64,000 nt of DNA, from the IMG/VR virus record IMGVR_UViG_3300032007_000006, positions 57,360 to 121,359 of that record. One strand, 5' to 3'. This document shows positions 59,556 to 64,000 of the stretch, in pieces. A model generated the notes under the pieces. That model was not told where the DNA came from and did no database searches. It saw nothing but the letters and a program-made list of their open reading frames with translations. How positions within the stretch are numbered: the stretch's first letter is position 1; every line of letters starts with the position of its first letter. The DNA is from a virus. Lineage: Duplodnaviria > Heunggongvirae > Uroviricota > Caudoviricetes. A program made the position numbers and the translations under genes.

Positions 59556-60776
59556 ATGATTTCCTATTTGACATATAGAATGCTTCAGGAGGCCACGACC
59601 AAGGTCAATACGCACTCCACGCATTTTGAAGAGAAGTTTTTGACAAGTGGCCGCCCAGGCCTAACTGCCACTATAAAAGGTCTGAGATACATTGTCAACA
59701 TGATTGGAAAGGGCGATGTTCCTGAAGTTTCTACAAAAATTGACGGCATTGCCCTCTTCTTTGGATGGACTCAAAAAGGATTTATGGTGGCCAACAAGGG
59801 ACTGTTCAACAAGGAGCCAAAGATGGCCTTCAATGCGGATGATGTTAAGGCCAACTGGCATGCAGGCCTGCATCCAATGATGCTTGCCGCTCTTGAATAT
59901 CTTCCAAAAGTCTGTCCAAAGGATGGAAGCATCTATCAGGGAGACTTTCTTTTCACTCCAAAGACGCTGAAAAGCGTTGACGTTGAAGGAGTTCCATCAT
60001 GGGCCTGGCATCCAAACATTATTGAATACACGGTTTCAAAGTCTTCTCCCATTGGAAAGAAGGTTGGAGCCGCAAAGTTTGGCATAGTGGTTCATACAAG
60101 ATACACCTGGGATGGAGTTGATCCAAAGACGCTCGGCGTGGCCGAATATGGAGTGTCCAAGAAGAAGTTCGCTCCTTCAAGCGAAGTCTTTCTCATTGAC
60201 ACCATCTCCAATCTTTCGGCGGAGAATGGTCAGGTTGGATTCAGTGCTGGAGAATGGTCTACGGCCATGGAACTTGCAAGGGAAGCTTCAAACATGACAA
60301 ACAAGCTTGACTGGAAGCTCATTGGCGATGAAAATTTCGTAGCCCTTCTGCTTCCATTCGTCAATGGATTTGTCAAGCAGGGAAAGATTCCATCCATCAG
60401 AGACAGAGCGTCATTCTTCAAGTCTTATGTTGAAAACAAGATGAACAATGAACTGCTCAAGAGAAAGACGGACAAGGGACGTCAGACAATAATGGCCAAG
60501 TATCAGCCATATCTTGACGTTCCACAGATGACTTTGGCCAACATCTTTGCCACAATGGACATTCTTACTGCGGCAAAGAACATGATTCTCGACCAGTTGA
60601 ACAAGTATGCCCTCTACAAGAACTTTGTCGTCACAAAGAGTGGAGACTACATTTCAACAAAGGATGAAGGATTTGTCATAGTCAATACTGCGGCTTCTGG
60701 ACTGAAGCTTGTAGACAGGCTGGAATTCTCCAGAAACAACTTCTCAAAGGACATAGTGTCGGGATTTGACAAGTAA
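59556..60776 (+). CDS. ligase-fold nucleotidyltransferase-like protein (DUF6267-like)
   Basis: KIDG (motif I), YQGD, EGFV, LKLVDRLEFS; late box 20 nt upstream. Confidence 0.7.
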   Translation: MISYLTYRMLQEATTKVNTHSTHFEEKFLTSGRPGLTATIKGLRYIVNMIGKGDVPEVSTKIDGIALFFGWTQKGFMVANKGLFNKEPKMAFNADDVKANWHAGLHPMMLAALEYLPKVCPKDGSIYQGDFLFTPKTLKSVDVEGVPSWAWHPNIIEYTVSKSSPIGKKVGAAKFGIVVHTRYTWDGVDPKTLGVAEYGVSKKKFAPSSEVFLIDTISNLSAENGQVGFSAGEWSTAMELAREASNMTNKLDWKLIGDENFVALLLPFVNGFVKQGKIPSIRDRASFFKSYVENKMNNELLKRKTDKGRQTIMAKYQPYLDVPQMTLANIFATMDILTAAKNMILDQLNKYALYKNFVVTKSGDYISTKDEGFVIVNTAASGLKLVDRLEFSRNNFSKDIVSGFDK

Positions 60777-61369
60777 TGAACATGCTAATCGAAGGATATG
60801 CCTTCTGGAAGGCCTTGCAGGAAGCACAGCACAGCGACAGCCTAGTAATGACATTTGGACGCTTCAATCCACCAACGATTGGGCACAAGTGGCTCTTTCA
60901 GCAGATGCTCAACATAGCGACAAGAGAGAGGGCTGAAGCGTTTGTCTTTACTTCCCACAGTCAGGACAAGAAAAAGAATCCACTCACATACGTTGAAAAG
61001 TGTGAACTTGTTTCCAAGCTTCTTCCCAGAGGAGTAAGGCTTGTGCGTACAAACGCAAGAAACATGATAGAGATAGTCAAGGAGATTGCTGACTACAACC
61101 GCTTCAGAAAGCTGATAGTGGTTGTTGGCGATGATCGTCTTGAATCCTTCTCCTGGATTGACAAGAGCAAGGAGGAGTTTGGCTTCACCAAGGTTGAGCT
61201 GAAGTCTGCTGGAGCTCGTTCTGGAGCATCCAACGTTCAGAATGCTTCTGCTACTGCTCTTAGGAATGCCGCTAAGGCTGGAGACATGAAAGCGTTTATG
61301 AACTATTCTCCATTTGATGAAGGAACGTCAAAGAAACTGTTTGACACGTTGAAATCGCGTTTGAAATAG
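60776..61369 (+). CDS. HIGH-superfamily nucleotidyltransferase (cytidyltransferase/NMNAT-like)
   Basis: TFGRFNPPTIGH, KKNPL, VGDDR, SAGAR, SATALR; TAATG coupling to the upstream gene. Confidence 0.88.
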   Translation: MNMLIEGYAFWKALQEAQHSDSLVMTFGRFNPPTIGHKWLFQQMLNIATRERAEAFVFTSHSQDKKKNPLTYVEKCELVSKLLPRGVRLVRTNARNMIEIVKEIADYNRFRKLIVVVGDDRLESFSWIDKSKEEFGFTKVELKSAGARSGASNVQNASATALRNAAKAGDMKAFMNYSPFDEGTSKKLFDTLKSRLK

Positions 61370-61374
61370 AAAAT

Positions 61375-61401
61375 AAAAGAGGAGCATATGCTCCTCTTTT
61401 T
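61375..61401. terminator. bidirectional terminator
   Basis: AAAAGAGGAGC-ATAT-GCTCCTCTTTT. Confidence 0.85.
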
Positions 61402-61408
61402 AATATTG

Positions 61409-62026
61409 TTATGCGGCTTCGTTGCTATTTTTAGATTGTTTTTCTATATTGCTACGATGTAAAATTGTATATATAGTCTGACGGGATACATTATATTTTC
61501 TTGCCGTCACGGCTACGCTTTCACCATTTGAAATTAAATCAACAATTTCATTTTGTTCCTTTTTTGAAAGCTTTTCTTTTCTTCCACAATTTTTATACTT
61601 ATTTTTAGCTTGAGCGATTTTGATGCCTTCTCTTTGACGTTCCAGCAGCAGTTCTCTTTCAAATTCCGCCACTGCACCTAAAATTTGAAGCGTAAATTTT
61701 TGATGAAAATTTTGACTATCATTTGGAACAAATGTCATTTGTTCCTTGACAAAGGTCAAAGTTACTCCCTTATCATTGATAATTTTTACAAGATTTAATA
61801 GATCTGCAAGATTTCTTGCTAATCTATCAATTGAATGAACATACAATACATCGTCTTCTCTTAGATATTGAAGACATGCTTCCAGTTGAGGACGTTTTGC
61901 ATCCTTTCCTGATATTCGGTCTTCAAAGACTTTATCCAATTCAATGTCAACTAATTGACGATCTGTATTTTGAAGCAAAGTTGAAACTCGAATGTAACCA
62001 ACATTTTTTCCATTACTCATAGTCAT
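61409..62026 (-). CDS. serine recombinase (resolvase/invertase family)
   Basis: GYIRVST..Q..RQ, SG...RPQL, IDRLAR, AEFER, C-terminal HTH (VSRQTIY); AT-rich. Confidence 0.93.
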   Translation of the reverse strand: MTMSNGKNVGYIRVSTLLQNTDRQLVDIELDKVFEDRISGKDAKRPQLEACLQYLREDDVLYVHSIDRLARNLADLLNLVKIINDKGVTLTFVKEQMTFVPNDSQNFHQKFTLQILGAVAEFERELLLERQREGIKIAQAKNKYKNCGRKEKLSKKEQNEIVDLISNGESVAVTARKYNVSRQTIYTILHRSNIEKQSKNSNEAA

Positions 62027-62232
62027 GTCCTATTCAGAGCCATCTTCGGATGGCTTCTTTTCTATATGGCCGTCAAGAGGACAGCCAGAGCTGGTACAGA
62101 CGTTGGTCGGCTCTTCAACGATGATGTCAAGCTCAGGAGCAGTGTCGGCCACGAACAGGAAGCTGGAAAGCACGAGAGCGGAAATCATGTCCTTCTCCTT
62201 GGTTGAGGGTGCTTCAACTCACTCACAAGCAT

Positions 62233-62261
62233 ATTCTAGCATAGACGACGGCCAGTGTCAA
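62233..62261 (-). promoter_or_regulatory. sigma70-type (early) promoter
   Basis: TTGACA-17nt-TAGAAT with TG extension. Confidence 0.75.
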
Positions 62262-62271
62262 CAGAAATCTT

Positions 62272-62634
62272 TCAGATTAGATAGACTGGACGACCACCGA
62301 GGAGAACCCAGGAATAGTGTCTGGCTAGACGACCATTGACCTCCTCATCGGAGGCGTTCCTGAACCATCTGGCCTCTGCAAGATGCTCATTGGCCCTCTT
62401 GAGGCTCTCCAAAGCTTCAACGTGCTGTCCAGCTTCATCTTCCCTGATGGCTCGGCCAGCCCATCCAGTCGCGTCTTCAAGACTTCTATTGACCATGAGC
62501 GCCTTGTAGACGTGAAGCGGAGGAATGAGGAACCTCCACTCCAGTAGATCAACAGGAAGCTTCTCTTCGGCCTCAACAGCCTTGACAAGCTTCCTGGCGC
62601 GTGTAGCCACGCTGAGAAACACGTCAAAGAACAC
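62272..62634 (-). CDS. hypothetical protein
   Basis: AGGAGG SD before the GTG start; in an operon. Confidence 0.6.
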   Translation of the reverse strand: MFFDVFLSVATRARKLVKAVEAEEKLPVDLLEWRFLIPPLHVYKALMVNRSLEDATGWAGRAIREDEAGQHVEALESLKRANEHLAEARWFRNASDEEVNGRLARHYSWVLLGGRPVYLI

Positions 62635-62643
62635 AACTGCCTC

Positions 62644-62931
62644 CTACAAGCATCCACCACAGCAGTGTGCTTCGATGTTTTCATTCACCAACTTGAATAT
62701 CACTTTCTTCTCGTCTTCATTGAAGTCTTTGAAGAAGGCTTCATTCAACTTCCAATTGCCCTTCTTGAAATGCTCCTCGCCTTCATCATCAATCCAGCAT
62801 CCAAACGATTTGTCCAAGCAGCCCCAGCCATCCGAAACCCATTCATTGCCATCGACTTCCAAGTGCAACTTGCCGTAGCAGTAGTTGAAATCGCTCATCG
62901 ATTCCCAGAACTTGAAACCTATCTTTTTCAT
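62644..62931 (-). CDS. hypothetical protein (C-terminal CCGGC)
   Basis: AAGGAG SD; the CCGGCL ending is seen in small phage proteins. Confidence 0.7.
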   Translation of the reverse strand: MKKIGFKFWESMSDFNYCYGKLHLEVDGNEWVSDGWGCLDKSFGCWIDDEGEEHFKKGNWKLNEAFFKDFNEDEKKVIFKLVNENIEAHCCGGCL

Positions 62932-62989
62932 GACAATTCTCCTTGTGCTGCTTGTTTCGCTAGAGGGATCCTTCCCTTGTCACGACTCT

Positions 62990-63106
62990 CTTCTATCACG
63001 GCCGACTGGCCATGTCAACAAATTTTTCAAAAATTTTTTGGGGAAGCGAGAGAACCCCCTCCCCTCTTGACAAAGACATCCTAGCACAGGCGGCCGGCGC
63101 CGTCAA
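62990..63106 (-). promoter_or_regulatory. tandem sigma70-type (early) promoters
   Basis: TTGACG-17-TAGGAT (63106-63078) and TTGACA-17-TAGAAG (63018-62990), both with TG extension. Confidence 0.7.
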
Positions 63107-63109
63107 GCG

Positions 63110-63931
63110 TTATTTTGAGAACTTCCAAAAATATTTTACGTCTGAGAGCGGGAAGGGGATGTCCTGCATATAGGCCGTGAGACTCTGGGAGCGCACCTGG
63201 AACGACCTGGAGACCTTGGTGCGCGATGTGCAAACATTCAGCGCCTCCTGCAGGGAGGCCTTGCCTTCGTTGAGGAATGTCACCTTCCACTGCCCTTCCC
63301 GTGGGCACCAGCACCAGGATATGACTCCATCATGCTCTACAGGAGCTTTCATGTCTCTTCCACCAAAGAATCCAATGCGTCCATTGACGCATATCCATCT
63401 TGAACCAGCAAAGTCTATGTATCCACCATCTCCGTTGACTTCGCTTTGAGATACGGCATCGTCCCAGTCACACATGGCCTGTCCAGAGTCTGTGAGAATG
63501 GACAATGCATCTGGTTCCGAAAGGATCATCTTCCATTCGCTAAGAAATTTGTCTGGCATCTTCCATGGATTCTTTCCAAAGGCCTTCAAAGCGGCATTCA
63601 ACGCTCTGGCCTTTTCCCATTCCTTTGTGCGAAGCAGACGCTTGCACCAGACGTTTGCAAGAGTGGCCACCTCAATGAGATTGGGATATGAGCCTTTTTT
63701 CAGAAGAGCCTTGCCGATAGGACTGTCCATGATCACTTTTGCACCAGATTCATCATTGGATGGAGATGAAACAACAGCGGCTTGAATGTTTTTTGCCATC
63801 AATGTCTCTAACTGCTCTGGAGTTATGTCAACGCCAACAGACCATAGGCGTTCAATGCCAGCAAGAGAGGGAGCATGATCCTTTCCACCAAGAGCGGAAT
63901 CAAGTGCATAGCCATTGAATATCATTGGCAT
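63110..63931 (-). CDS. catalytically degenerate paralog of the DHH phosphoesterase
   Basis: RWICVNGR..HDGVISW..GQWKVTFLNE and ALNAAL align with RLLCLNGR..HEGIVLW..GKVSVSFYNE and LLNAAM of 20110; no DxD, DHH or GGGH. Confidence 0.6.
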   Translation of the reverse strand: MPMIFNGYALDSALGGKDHAPSLAGIERLWSVGVDITPEQLETLMAKNIQAAVVSSPSNDESGAKVIMDSPIGKALLKKGSYPNLIEVATLANVWCKRLLRTKEWEKARALNAALKAFGKNPWKMPDKFLSEWKMILSEPDALSILTDSGQAMCDWDDAVSQSEVNGDGGYIDFAGSRWICVNGRIGFFGGRDMKAPVEHDGVISWCWCPREGQWKVTFLNEGKASLQEALNVCTSRTKVSRSFQVRSQSLTAYMQDIPFPLSDVKYFWKFSK

Positions 63932-64000
63932 TTCTCCCTTGGCTATGCAGTACAGTCCAAGAACTGCTGTGCAGAAAGTGGCGTCCAGTCCTCCTTCTAT

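Noticed and set aside
1-64000. TAG stop-codon reassignment (many genes end in TAG)
   Set aside because: TAG falls at the expected C-termini of gp23, gp21 and the giant structural protein, and ORFs are not fragmented. Read-through of the gp17-IntN TAG gives no intein-like sequence.

Overview
The window is part of a large T4-like (Tevenvirinae-related) myophage genome. It uses the standard code; TAG is a true stop at the conserved ends of gp23, gp21 and the giant structural gene. Recognisable content includes baseplate gp8, a 2.25k-aa DUF4815-type structural protein, both topoisomerase II subunits about 47 kb apart, the head module (gp20, gp21, gp22, gp23 plus two small core genes), a lysozyme-like protein, a Dam-like methylase, a non-autonomous tnpB element, a Hef-like homing endonuclease and a serine recombinase. 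The most interesting signals are: (1) a 23-kb fibre/adhesin cluster whose proteins share a two-part terminal motif (N-terminal KYLDxxGLxYY, partner I/VxNxEID) and are built combinatorially from shared modules, including Cys-rich 27-aa LRR arrays with DNA identity across genes, and which also contains two GT2 glycosyltransferases; (2) a terminase large subunit that stops at Walker A and is fused to a 45-aa N-terminal split-intein fragment, with no C-half in the window; (3) a set of late-expressed proteins with T4 internal-protein-like capsid-targeting leaders (SAM lyase, J-domain protein, possible RNase, ligase-like plus HIGH nucleotidyltransferase pair); (4) a tnpB element that appears to sit exactly between an RBS and its ATG and carries a phage late promoter. 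All family calls come from motif recognition by eye; no database searches were run.
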